Source: Eledone cirrhosa (Eukaryota). From it: 64,000 bases of DNA. The position numbers and the translations under genes were made by a program. Under the pieces are notes generated by a model. That model was not told where the DNA came from. It did not search any database and saw nothing but the letters and a program-made list of their open reading frames with translations. How positions within the stretch are numbered: position 1 is the stretch's first letter; every line of letters begins with the position of its first letter. The stretch is taken from contig OZ024757.1 in NCBI GenBank assembly GCA_964016885.1, forward strand, positions 13,888,001 to 13,952,000. Direction: 5' to 3'. This document shows, piece after piece, positions 12,331-25,130 of this stretch.

Positions 12331-12610
12331 GTATGTATATATGTATGTATATATGTATGTATATGTATGTATGTATGTATGTATATGTATGTATATATAT
12401 ATGTATGTATATGTATGTATATATATATGTATGTATATATATATATGTATGTATATATATATATGTATGTATATGTATGTATATGTATGTATATGTGTAT
12501 GTATGTATATATATGTATATATGTATGTATATATGTATGTATGTATATATGTATATATATATGTATGTATATATATATGTTTGTGTGTGTATGTATATAT
12601 ATATGTATGT
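11687..12610. repeat. TA/TATG compound microsatellite
   Basis: Direct reading. Confidence 0.97.
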
Positions 12611-12999
12611 TTTCTCTTTCTCTTAATTTCGAGTATATTTTTTTTGACCGGCCACCTTCCTGGTGGCAAGGTTGTAAAAGAAAAGAAATTGTCATCCCTT
12701 GAATCGCAAGAATGTTTTGCATATTTTGAAGGTGCCAGCTATCGCAGCCATTTGTAGACTATGAATTAGGGAGCTGCGCTTTTTGTCCGCAAATCCAAGT
12801 TCGGTCATACTTTGGTCCAAGCGGGTTGGTATATAACCCGTAGCACCAATAATGATGGGTATGAAGCTAAAGGTGTATCTTGGATACTGGATTGGTAAAC
12901 TCCACATCAATGGTCCGTAGATGTCCTCCTTCTCCTGTATTTTTCTGACAACGTTTACATCAAGTGGGCAGCTGATCTCCACAACAGAACACGTTTTCA
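12611..12999 (-). mobile_element. 3' end of an R4/Dong-like non-LTR retrotransposon (restriction-like endonuclease C-terminus plus 3' UTR)
   Basis: [26 protein letters not shown]...[13 protein letters not shown]...[17 protein letters not shown] fits the RLE E...K...Y..L / P...G..G pattern. Confidence 0.8.
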
Positions 13000-13364
13000 A
13001 TGTATATGTATGTATATGTATATGTATGTATATATATATGTATATGTATGTATATATATATGTATATGTATGTATATATATATATGTATGTATGTATGTA
13101 TGTGTATGTGTATGTATATGTATGTATATATATATGTATGTATATGTATGTGTATGTATATGTATGTATATATATATGTATGTATATGTATGTGTATGTA
13201 TATGTATGTATATATATGTATGTATATGTATGTATATATATATGTATGTGTATGTATGTATATATGTATGTATGTATATATATATGTATATGTATGTATA
13301 TATGTATGTATATATATATGTATATATCTATGTATATATGTATGTATGTATGTATGTATATATG

Positions 13365-13396
<32 letters not shown>

Positions 13397-13522
13397 TGTA
13401 TGTATATATATGTATATATATATATGTATATGTATGTATGTATGTGTATGTATATGTATGTGTATGTATATGTATATGTGTATGTATGTATGTATATGTA
13501 TGTATGTATATATGTATATGTG

Positions 13523-13554
<32 letters not shown>

Positions 13555-13686
13555 TATATGTATGTATATGTATATGTATGTATGTATATATATATATATA
13601 TATGTATATGTATGTATATATATATGTATATGTATGTATATATGTGTATGTATGTATATATATGTGCATGTATGTATATATATATG
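13000..13686. repeat. TA/TATG compound microsatellite
   Basis: Direct reading. Confidence 0.97.
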
Positions 13687-14380
13687 CATGGCCCGCAGAA
13701 TGTGTTCCTGGATCCTCAGAACCTTCCAGTCGAGAGATTCCCGCACCATTATCCTTTTCTTCTCTACTTTTGCCCGACCACACCTTGAATACTGTTGTCC
13801 ACTGTGGTCTCCCCACACGAAACAAAGTATCATGAAACTTGAAGCTCCTCAAAGGGCAATCACGAAAAAGATAGATGGCATGTCAGACTTCGACTACTGG
13901 GGTCGACTAGAAAACCTGAAACTTTACTCACTCCAACGTCGCCGTGAGCGTTATATTATCTGCATGATGTGGAAAATGTTCCATCATCACTGCCCAAATG
14001 ATGTTGGCATCGCCTTCAAGATACACCCAAGGCTTGGGTCCCGTGCTATCCGTCCCATTCAAAAATCTAAATCGCAACTCATAACAACAATACGGCACAA
14101 TTATTTCACCTCAATTGGCCCTGCTCTCTTCAACATCACACCAGGACACGTCAAAACAGAAACTGACCACACAAAATTCAAGAAGTCTTTGGACAAATTC
14201 CTCCAAGTAATCCCGGACAAACCACCCACACCCGGATATGTCTCCGCAAACAGTAATTCTCTTCTCGAATGGGCCATGGTGCCCAAATCCTGAATTGAAA
14301 GATTTCGCCAGGTGGTGCTATTAAGTTAGACATGGCCTGGGCCAATACTGGCCAAAACATTTCAAAGTTATTCAAAGTTA
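13687..14380 (+). mobile_element. 5'-truncated CR1-clade LINE (ORF2 C-terminus, stop at 14293, short 3' UTR)
   Basis: [14 protein letters not shown]...[12 protein letters not shown]...YWGRLENLKLYSLQRRRERY; tail ttcaaagtta repeated twice. Confidence 0.9.
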
Positions 14381-14544
14381 TGTATGTATATATATATATA
14401 TATGTGTATGTATGTATATATATATGTATGTATGTATATGTATGTATGTATATATATATGTATATATGTATGTATGTATGTATATATATATGTATGTATG
14501 TATATGTATGTATATATATATATATGTATGTATGTATATGTATG

Positions 14545-14575
<31 letters not shown>

Positions 14576-14846
14576 ATGTATGTATATATATATATATATG
14601 TATGTATGTATATGTATGTATATATATATATATATGTATGTATGTATATGTATGTATATATATATATATATGTATGTATGTATATGTATGTATATATATA
14701 TATGTATGTATGTATATATATGTATGTATGTATATGTATGTATATATATATATATATGTATGTATGTATATGTATGTATATATATGTATGTATGTATATA
14801 TATGTATGTATGTATATATATGTATGTATGTATATATATGTATGTG

Positions 14847-14893
<47 letters not shown>

Positions 14894-14900
14894 ATATATG

Positions 14901-14932
<32 letters not shown>

Positions 14933-14987
14933 TATGTATGTATGTATGTATATATATGTATGTATGTATGTATATATATATATATGT
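14381..14987. repeat. TA/TATG compound microsatellite
   Basis: Direct reading. Confidence 0.97.
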
Positions 14988-15325
14988 ATCATCATCATCA
15001 TCATCACCGTTTTACGTTCGTTCTTCCATGCTAGCATGGGTTAGACAGGTTGTCCTGTTGTGGGCAGTGTCTGGTCGGCTGACCATGCCTTGCTCATACA
15101 GGAACTGATTTGGCTTGATTTCTACAGCTGGATGCCCTTCCTAACACCAACCTCATTTACAGTGAGTGCTGGGTGCTTTTTCGTGGCGCCTACACGTCCA
15201 CTTTACAGTGTGGGCTGGGTGCTTTTTTGCCGTGGCACCTCCACGACCACCTTGCGGTGGGGGGTGTGGTGGGATATTGTCTATATGCTTCAGCTTGTAC
15301 CCATGGGAGGTCGGGTACTCTGTAA
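14988..15325 (-). mobile_element. RTE-related 3' UTR/SINE chimera (family 1 middle, different tail)
   Basis: Contains ctacagctggatgcccttcctaacaccaacc and a duplicated module; tail aacccatgctagcatggaag...(GAT)n. Confidence 0.8.
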
Positions 15326-15452
15326 ATATATATATATATGGATATATATATATATATGGATATATGTATATATATATATATATGTATATATGTATATATA
15401 TATATATATGTGTATATGTATATATGTATATATATATGTATATATATATGGA

Positions 15453-15483
<31 letters not shown>

Positions 15484-15626
15484 GGATATATGTATATATA
15501 TATATGGATATATGTATATATATATATGGATATATGTATATATATATATGGATATATGTATATATATATATGGATATATGTATATATATATATATATATG
15601 GATATATGTATATATATATATATGGA

Positions 15627-15657
<31 letters not shown>

Positions 15658-15762
15658 GGATATATGTATATATATATATATATGGATATATGTATATATA
15701 TATATATATATATGGATATATGGATATATATATATATGTGGATATATGTATATATATATGGA

Positions 15763-15825
<63 letters not shown>

Positions 15826-15876
15826 ATATATATATATATATATATATGGATATATGTATATATATATATATATGGA

Positions 15877-15925
<49 letters not shown>

Positions 15926-16128
15926 GGATATATATATATATATATATATGGATATATGTATATATATATATATATGGATATATGTATATATATATATATA
16001 TGGATATATGTATATATATATATATATATGGATATATGTATATATATATATATATATGGATATATGTATATATATGGATATATGTATATATATATATGGA
16101 TATATGTATATATATATATGGATATATG

Positions 16129-16168
<40 letters not shown>

Positions 16169-16180
16169 TATGGATATATG

Positions 16181-16216
<36 letters not shown>

Positions 16217-16228
16217 TATGGATATATG

Positions 16229-16264
<36 letters not shown>

Positions 16265-16888
16265 TGGATATATGTATATATATATATGGATATATGTATA
16301 TATATATAGATATATGTATATATATATATGGATATATGTATATATATATATGGATATATGTATATATATATATGGATATATGTATATATATATATGGATA
16401 TATGTATATATATATATGGATATATGTGTATATATATATATGGATATATGTGTATATATATATATGGATATATGTGTATATATATATATAGATATATGTG
16501 TATATATATATATAGATATATGTGTATATATATATATAGATATATGTATATATATATATATGGATATATGTGTATATATATATATGGATATATGTGTATA
16601 TATATATATATGGATATATGTGTATATATATATATAGATATATGTATATATATATATATAGATATATGTATATATATATATGGATATATGTATATATATA
16701 TATGGATATATGTATATATATATATGGATATATGTATATATATGGATATATATATATATATGGATATATATATATATATGGATATATATATATATATGGA
16801 TATATATATATATATGGATATATGTATATATATATATATGGATATATGTATATATATATATATATATGGATATATATATATATATGGA

Positions 16889-16921
<33 letters not shown>

Positions 16922-16923
16922 GG

Positions 16924-16979
<56 letters not shown>

Positions 16980-16998
16980 ATATATATATATATATGGA

Positions 16999-17031
<33 letters not shown>

Positions 17032-17043
17032 GGATACATGTAT
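15326..17043. repeat. TA-based satellite with TATGGATATATG sub-unit
   Basis: Direct reading. Confidence 0.97.
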
Positions 17044-19758
17044 ATCATCATCATCATCATCATCAACGTTTAACGTCCGTGTTCCACGCTTGCATGGGTT
17101 TGGACGGGGGTAGTCCCACTTGAGGCAAGAGTGATTGTCTTGCTCGCATAGGACTGTCTGGCAGGTTTTCTACAGTTGGATGCCCTTCCTAACACCAACC
17201 ACATTTACAGTGTGGGTCTGGGAGGTTTTTACCGTGTTGCCTACACGGCCACATTACAGCGTGGACTGTGTGTTTTTTTTGTCGTGACACCTACACGATC
17301 TCATTTGTTTCGGCCCGGATGGCGCGGCACCAACATAACTTTACATAGGACGGGGTGGTGTGGATGGGGTGGGGGTGGTGGTGGTGGGACGGGGTGTATT
17401 TTGTTAGAGATGCCTACTGGCAAGGCGGGTCTTCTCTGTTACTGAGTACCGCCAAAGGTCTCGGTCCAGTGACATTGTCTTGGAGAGGTGTAAGTGTGTG
17501 AGGTCGGAGTTTATCAGCTCGTCCCAGGTTTTTCTAGGTCTGCCTATTCCGTGGCTACCGTCTATCTTTATTGCCCTGCACTTTGTTATACAGCTATCGA
17601 CTTTCATGCGCATCACGTGTCCATACCAACGTAGCCTTCTCTCGAGTAAACAACATCTGATCCCTCTTATCTCTAATTTTTTCCTTAGTTCGTTTATGCT
17701 TTGCCGTTCACGTATATTACTGTTACACATCCAGCGGAGCATGCAAGCTTCGTTCCTCTCTAGTCTGCGTATATCCTCTGCACACAATGCCCAGGTCTCA
17801 CTGCCATGCAACATTGCTGTTCGTATGCAGGCATCGTACAACCTGCCTTTCATTTTTAGGGAGAACCCTTTAGCAGCTAATAGTGGTATAAGCTCTCTGA
17901 ACTTTTTCCAACCAGTTCTGACTCTAGCTACAGTACTTTCAGAGCACCCTCCCCCACTGCTGATTTTATCGCCCAGGTAACGGAAGCTGTCCACTATTTC
18001 TATAGAACCCTCTGCGCAATTGAAAGAGCTAGTATTGTGTGGGCACTTGCTGCTACTTATTGCACCAGAACACCGGCCACATGTAAAATCTATGTTCTTA
18101 GTTAGCTTACCTGTGATCCCACTACATCTTTTATGCACCCATACTTTGCATTTAGGACACAAAATGGAGTTTCTACCTACGCCTTTCCTACACACCGAGC
18201 ACGACCATTTCCCAGAAGGGACCGCCGCCTTGTTTTCTTTCCTACAAACTAGAACTTTGGTCTTAGCCAGGTTAATTTTAAGTCCTTTTGACTCTAGGCC
18301 GTGCTTCCATGTTTGGAATTTCTTCTCTAGCTCGGCCATTGATTCCGCTATGAGTGTCAGGTCGTCTGCGTATAGGAGTTCCCATGGGCAGCCTGTCTTG
18401 AACTCCTCTGTTATAGCCTGAAGGGCAATAATAAATAGTAGGGGGCTGAGAACAGAGCCCTGATGGACGCCAACTTTTACGCTAAACTCTTCACTATATT
18501 CGTTGTTAATTCTAACCTTGCTGACTGTTTCTTTATACATGGCTTGTATAGCCCTCACAAGCCATTCGTCAACGCCTAGTTTTCTAAGAGCCCACCAGAT
18601 AATGGAGCGGGGGACTCTGTCGAAGGCTTTCTCCAAGTCGACAAAAGCTAAGTAGAGGGGTTTACCTTTAGCTAGGTACTTCTCCTGTAGTTGTCGTACT
18701 ATGAAAAGAGCGTCTGTGGTACTTTTGCCTGACACAAACCCGAACTGCATTTCATCTAGGTCAATTCTCTCTCTGATTAGTTGCGCTATTACTTTTTCTG
18801 TGACCTTCATGACCTGGTCGATTAATTTAATGCCTCTATAGTTACTCCTATCTAGGGCGTCTCCTTTACCCTTATAACAGTTAACGATGATGCTGCTATG
18901 CCAGTCCTTCGGAACAGCCCCATTCTGTACGACTTGGTTAACTATGCGGGTGACCATGGTGTGTCCCACCGTGCCAGATGCCTTCAGCATCTCAGCAACT
19001 ATTTCCGAAGGCCCAGCCGCCTTACCTGTCTTCATATCCTTGATTGCCTTACTTATTATACTCCCCTCGACTAACACTGCTGGTCCCTCTATTGGGTCGA
19101 CATGGGGGAGACTGTCTTTCTCCCATTTATTCTCCTCATTTAGTAGCCTTTCATAGTGACACTTCCAAGCTGCCTTCTTATCAGTGTCGGTGATGGCAAG
19201 TATGCCATCATCGTTAAGTACACACTTCTCCCCGACAATATCACGGTTTTCCTTGACGCATTGCCTAGCAATCCTGAACACCTCACGTTTTTGGTCATCG
19301 CGTTGTAGGACATGCTTGAACTTTCTTTCCTCAGCTTCCCTTCTTGCTAAGTACACTTCTCTCCTAGCTTCCCTCCTGGCCACTTGATAGTCTACTCTAC
19401 TTCCCCCATCCCGCCATACTTTCCAAGCCTGCTTTTTGGCCTTAATTGACTCCTCCACCTTACTGTTCCACCACCATGTTACTCTCCTCCTGCCTACAGG
19501 CCTGCTCCAGCCACAGACTTCGTCTGTGGCCAACAGCAGGTTTGCTTTCAGAAATTCCCACTGTCCCTCTATATTGTCCGACTCTAAGTGTTCTTCCTTA
19601 CTGTCGAAAGCATCAAGTAATATGTTTTGAAATTTATTTTTGGCTGTGGGGTCCTTTAGCTTCCATATTTTTCTCCTGAGGATAGTCCTCTTCTGCTGTC
19701 GAGTACGTCTCGACCTGACTATGAGGTCGCTAATTATCAGTCTATGTTGGGAGGTGCA
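17044..19758 (-). mobile_element. RTE (BovB-like) LINE family B, 5'-truncated, reverse-transcriptase ORF uninterrupted from 19758 to 17404
   Basis: Motifs NYRGIKL, QFGF, FVDLEKAFD, GVHQGSVLSP, LLYADD, FRYLG and LHGSETW; the frame is open upstream of the listed ORF (CTSQHRLIISD...); ~360-bp 3' UTR and (GAT)n. Confidence 0.97.
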
Positions 19759-19811
19759 TTATATATATATATATATATATATATGGATATATATGTATAT
19801 GTATATATAAT

Positions 19812-20960
19812 ACTAGCAGCTGAGCCCGGTTGCACCCGGGGCCACTTTTTACTAAGTTAATAATTTGAAAAATATTATTGAAAGTTTATTCTAAAGAAAC
19901 AGTTTCAGGAAAAAAAATAGAAATATGCACTTGGGGCTGGACGGCGTACAATGAGAAGTAGAGCGACGTGAAAAGTGTTGTTTATTAACAACGAAATAGC
20001 AATGTCGATGATATGCAATTTGAAAAATACTACTTACTGTTAGTGGTGGTTAATATGTATTAGAATTAATATAAAAACACACGTCCCTTCTTCGCAATTT
20101 AAGGGTTTGGCGATACTTGGTTTTAGTGTCCTAAATTATCATCATCGACATTCAATTATTAGCTCCACCCACTACACGATACGTCATGATACGTCATCAG
20201 CTGCTGCTGCGGCTTGATTTTTACATATTCATTTTCTTACATGCTTCATTTTTACACGAAAAAACATTTAATTTTTAGAATAAATATTTATTAAAATATC
20301 AACAGAGAAAATTAGATTTTTGATTTAATTTTTTGAACAAAATAAATATTTATTGACAGTTTTTAACCGAAACGCTATGCTTCATTTTTATATGAATATT
20401 TATTTAGTTTTTAGCAGAAAAAAAATTGCTGCGAAATACATTTTTTGTAAACAGATTTACAGTTTTTAACAACAGAAAAAAAATTTATTTAAACAATATA
20501 TTGTTGCGATATACAGTTTAAAACTTTTTCAAAACATTTACCTTCGAGACGTATCGTGTAGTGGGTGGAGCTAATAATTGAATGTCGATGATGATAATTT
20601 AGGACACTAAAACCAAGTATCGCCAAGGGTTTTATTTCTTTTGATGGAAAACAGTGACCGTACTGCAGAATCGATTTCATAAAACGGTACTGTATGATCG
20701 TTAAATGTAGAAGGATGATGAAATTGTAAATAAGACAAAAGTATTAGAACAGGTGGAAATAACTCACCGAACGCGATAGTTTCGGGGTACCAAGGACCAC
20801 ATTTTTCAAGTTAGAGATTTGAAACCTCATCTATTTACTTCCTTGGCACTTTTTACATAGGTGTGTAAATTTTCATGTCAGTCCGACCACGTCTACTACC
20901 ATTTAACCGTGCACATCTGAATTTCAACCACCGCCCATTTCACAAATATGTATTAGATAT
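19812..20960 (+). mobile_element. Putative non-autonomous Helentron/DINE-1-like element
   Basis: Begins ACTAGCAGCTGAGCCCGGTTGCACCCGGG (terminal hairpin) and ends ...gtgtgtaaattttcat...cacaaatatgtattagat within TA tracts. Confidence 0.45.
20107..20626. repeat. Perfect 79-bp inverted repeat (20107-20185 / 20548-20626), MITE-like
   Basis: ttggcgatac...gatacgtc and its exact reverse complement. Confidence 0.9.
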
Positions 20961-21231
20961 ATATATATAATAAAATGTTGTAGTTTGCTTGAAGCATTGT
21001 ATATATAATGTGGAAAGTGATATATGTAACAAGGCTAAATAATGTAAAATGGACAGTAAAATGAAGACAATGAAATAATTTGTTACCTGGTAATCTTTGT
21101 GAGTTTTGGTTTTTTTTGTGATGAAAGAAACAACAAAACACAACAAAAATTACAAGGTAACTAACTTTTTCATTGGCTTTATTTTACTGTCCATTTTATA
21201 TTGTTTAACCTTCTTTCGTGTATATCTTTCG

Positions 21232-21323
<92 letters not shown>

Positions 21324-21345
21324 TCCATAGGGCGAGTTTTGTATA

Positions 21346-21486
21346 AATAATTACAATAGTGACATTAGCAAGCACTCAAGTTTCATTGGGTTCTGGGCCC
21401 CAATTCATTCAGCCTGTCATGACAAGCGTTGAGGCCCAGAACCCAATGAAACGTGAGTGCTTGTTTATGTCACTATTGTAATTATA
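21346..21486. mobile_element. Fold-back element with a degenerate hammerhead motif (minus strand 21369-21416)
   Basis: Inverted arms; minus strand reads cagg CTGAATGA attggg..cccaat GAAA cttgag TG cttg. Confidence 0.55.
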
Positions 21487-21498
21487 TATATATATATA

Positions 21499-24387
21499 GG
21501 AAGGTGTTAGGAAGGGCATCCAACCAGTGTATCAATGCCAAAACGCTTATCAGCACAGCAACAAATAGGAACAATAACAAAATATGAAGAAGTCGCATCT
21601 CAGAGTTGCAACACTTAATGTTGGCACTCTCAGAGGTAGATCTGCTGAAATAGCGGAGATGCTGGAGAGAAGGCAGGTGGATGTGTGCTGCGTGCAAAAG
21701 GTGAGATGGAGAGGTGCCTCTGCGAGACTAGTCGTAGGCAAACGTCTTAACTATAAGCTATTCTGGGTAGGTAAGGATGATGGGTTAGGGGGAGTAGGCA
21801 TTTTCCTGGCTGAGAAATGGATCAATAAGACAATAGAGGTAGTTCGAGTTAGTAATCGAATAATTAAGCTTAGATTAGTTGTAGGCAGGAGACTACTGAC
21901 AATCATCTTGGTCTATGCTCCCCAAGCAGGCCTAGGCAAAGATGAGAAAGACTGCTTTTACCAGCAACTTTTACAAACAACCGCAATGACAGAGGATGGA
22001 GACATCGTTATGCTAGCAGGAGACTTCAATGGTCATGTTGGACAGCTCCAGGATGGTTACACTGGAGTACATGGTGGGCACGGTTACGGCTCAAGAAATG
22101 AAGGAGTAAGACTTCTTGAATTTTGTGATGCAGGTACATTGACTATTTGCAACACAAACTTCCAGAAACCTGCCAATCACCTAATAACCTACAAATCTGG
22201 TGAGCACATAAGCCAGATTGACTTCTTACTAGTTAAGCAGCGGGACAGGCAGATAGTGTCTAATATACCAAGGCATACCCTGGGGAAGAATGTACCCCAC
22301 AGCATAGGTTAGTTGTTAGTGATATCTCAGTAAGCAAGAGATGGAATGAGACATATAGGAAGGTGTGGAGAAGAAAGGTCTGGAAGCTAAAAGACCTTTC
22401 ACTAAAATACAAATTTAGGAAAGCCCTTCAAGATGTATATGACGAAAAAGAAGACGATTTAGAGACGTATGACATAGATAATAACTGGAATTTCTTACAT
22501 GACAACTTGCTGCAGGCTACTGATGAAACTTGTGGCTGGAGCAGAGCTCCAACCAGACAGAGAGTGACCTGGTGGTGGAACAGCACAGTAGATAAGGCCA
22601 TTAGAGACAAAAGACTAGCATGGAAGGCTTGGAAAAAGGGTGGGAGTAGGGAAGAATATACAGCCACTAAGAGAGAAGCTAGACGTCAGGTGTACTTAGC
22701 ACGCAGGGAGGCGGAGAGTAGGTTTGCGAATGTTCTGCGACGGGAAGATCAGAGGCGTGCGGTGTTCCACATTGCAAGGCAGTGTATCAATGCAAATCAG
22801 GATGTTGTTGGAGATAAATGTGTCCGGGATGATGCCGGTGTACGTAGTGTCACGAATGATCAGAAAAAGGAGGCCTGGAAATGTCATTATGAGAGACTGA
22901 TGAATGTGGAGAACGAATGGGAGAGAGAGAAATTACCCTTAGTAGATCCGACAGAGGGACCAGCTATTGAGATTGACGAATATAGGGTCCAAGAGGCGAT
23001 TAGAGAAATGAAAAATGGTAAGGCTGCTGGACCATCGGGAATAGTTGCTGAGATGCTGAAGGCATCAGGGGACGTAGGCACTAAACTGGTTGCACGCATC
23101 ATCAATCAGGCTATATATGGTGGTTTTATACCCAAAGACTGGTGCAGCAGTATTCTCATAAATTGCTACAAAGGTAAAGAGGATGCTCTGGAGAGGAGCA
23201 ATTATAGGGGTATAAAACTGATAGATCAGGTTATGAAAGTGGCAGAAAGGATATTAACGCAACTAATTAGAGAAAGGGTCAAACTAGATGAGATGCAGTT
23301 TGGTTTTGAGTACATCAGGGTTCGGTCCTCAGTCCGCTCTTGTTCATTATAGTCCTCCAAGCCATAACAGAGGAGTTTAAGACTGGCTGTCCATGGGAAC
23401 TTCTCTATGCTGACGATCTGGTTCTTATAGCAGAATCAGTAGAGGAGCTAGAGAATAAATTCTGGCTATGGACACAGCAGTTGGAAGCAAGAGGACTGAG
23501 AGTGAACCTAACTAAGACAAAAGTGTTGATGAGTAGAAAAGAGGACAAAACCCTGATTCCGTCAGGGAAATGGCCATGTTCGATATGCAGAAAAGGAACT
23601 GGCATAAATTCTATAAAATGCACACAATGCAGATCCTGGGTACACACGAGATGTAGCGGGATAGCAGGCAAACTAACGGGTAGGGAGAAATATGTATGCA
23701 GTAGATGTACAGGGAAATTAGACAGTAGAAGTTGCATTGATAGACACATTTTTCAAATGCAGGAGGGCGCTATAGAAGTGGTGGATAGCTTCCGGTACCT
23801 AGGAGATCAGATTAGCATGGGAGGAGGGTGTTCCGAGGCCATAGTATCTAGAATAATGACGGGTTGGAAGAAGTTTAGGGAGCTGCTTCCTCTGTTGACG
23901 AAGAAGGGTTTCTCCCTGCGTATGAAAGGCCGGTTGTATGATGCCTGTGTGAGGAGCGCGATACTGCATGGTAGTGAGACATGGGCAGCAACTGCAGAGG
24001 ATATGCGACGGCTGGAGAGAAATGAGGCTCCGTTGGATGTGCAGTGTAAATGTGCGTGAACGACCCAGCATAAATGTGCTGAGAGAGAAACTGTGTCTGA
24101 GAGGGATAGAATGTAGTGTATGGGAGAGGAGACCGAGGTGGTATGGACATGTGATGCGCATGGAGGATGACCGATGGGTGAAGAAGTGCCAGGAAATGTC
24201 AGTTGAAGGAAGACGTGGTTGAGGTAGACCACGAAAAACATGGGCCGAGGTGGTGAGAACAGACCTCAGATCATTGAAGCTCACGGTGGAGATTACGAAG
24301 GCCCGTGACGAGTGGAGAGATGCTGTGCTGAATAAGACCCGTCTCACCCTTGCAAGCAGGGAAAAGCGGACGTAAAATGATGATGAT
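21499..24387 (+). mobile_element. RTE LINE family A, near full length but inactivated (APE + RT, frameshifts, internal deletion)
   Basis: APE motifs TLNVGTL, VYAPQ, GDFNGH and QIDF; RT YADD; QFGF joins directly to GVHQGS near 23308; 5' end ggtgttaggaagggcatcc; (GAT)n tail. Confidence 0.97.
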
Positions 24388-24391
24388 ATAT

Positions 24392-24614
24392 ATCATCATC
24401 ATCATCATCATTTTACGTCCGCTTTTCCCTGCTTGCAAGGGTGGGACAGGAACTGATTCTGGCTTGATTTCTACAGCTGGATGCCCTTCCTAACACCAAC
24501 CTCATTTACAGTGAGTGCTGGGTCCTTTTTTTCTGTGGCGCCTACACAGCCACTTTACAGTGGAATGATAGGGACTCCAGTCTCTATAATCTCATTTCTA
24601 CAGCTGAGTAAACT
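24392..24614 (-). mobile_element. 5'-truncated SINE family 1, tail-to-tail with RTE A
   Basis: Reverse complement of the family 1 3' half. Confidence 0.9.
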
Positions 24615-24904
24615 ATATATATATATATATATTTCGTTTCTGAATTTGTTTAGCAAGATTCTTTATCTGAAATCGTGTGTTGAAACCGATATTGCTTTCA
24701 CTTCAATTTATATATATATAGGAAAAGAGTCAGGATCCCGACGGCTGAGCTCTGGCCGTTTCGACTGCTAGATCCGAACTGGGGTCCTGACACTTTTCCT
24801 ATTACCCACTCTACTACCTTAAGTATCGAGTACTCTGGTGCATTATGGTTCACCTGGTATCTTACCACATCTTCTTTGTTATATATATATATTTATTTAT
24901 TTAT

Positions 24905-25004
24905 TTATTATTAGTACAGATTAAAGTTTAAGCAAAGAATCACTGCTTTCACCCTTTTACGGGATCTTCTGAGCCCACACTCAATTTTAGTCTTCATAAT
25001 TATT

Positions 25005-25010
<6 letters not shown>
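24905..25010 (-). mobile_element. Rearranged fragment of the Penelope-like element terminus (homologous to 61895-62050)
   Basis: acagattaaagtttaagcaaagaatc.ctgctttcaccc...gggatcttctga is shared, followed by an inverted terminal piece. Confidence 0.8.
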
Positions 25011-25053
<43 letters not shown>

Positions 25054-25130
25054 TATATATATATATATAATTATATATATATTTGTTTTGAAATGTTTTT
25101 TATATGAAATTCTGTGTTGAAATAGATATT

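Noticed and set aside
21010-21232. Degenerate inverted repeat possibly holding a hammerhead
   Set aside because: The fold-back is visible but core nucleotides are not recoverable, so it is not counted as a ribozyme.
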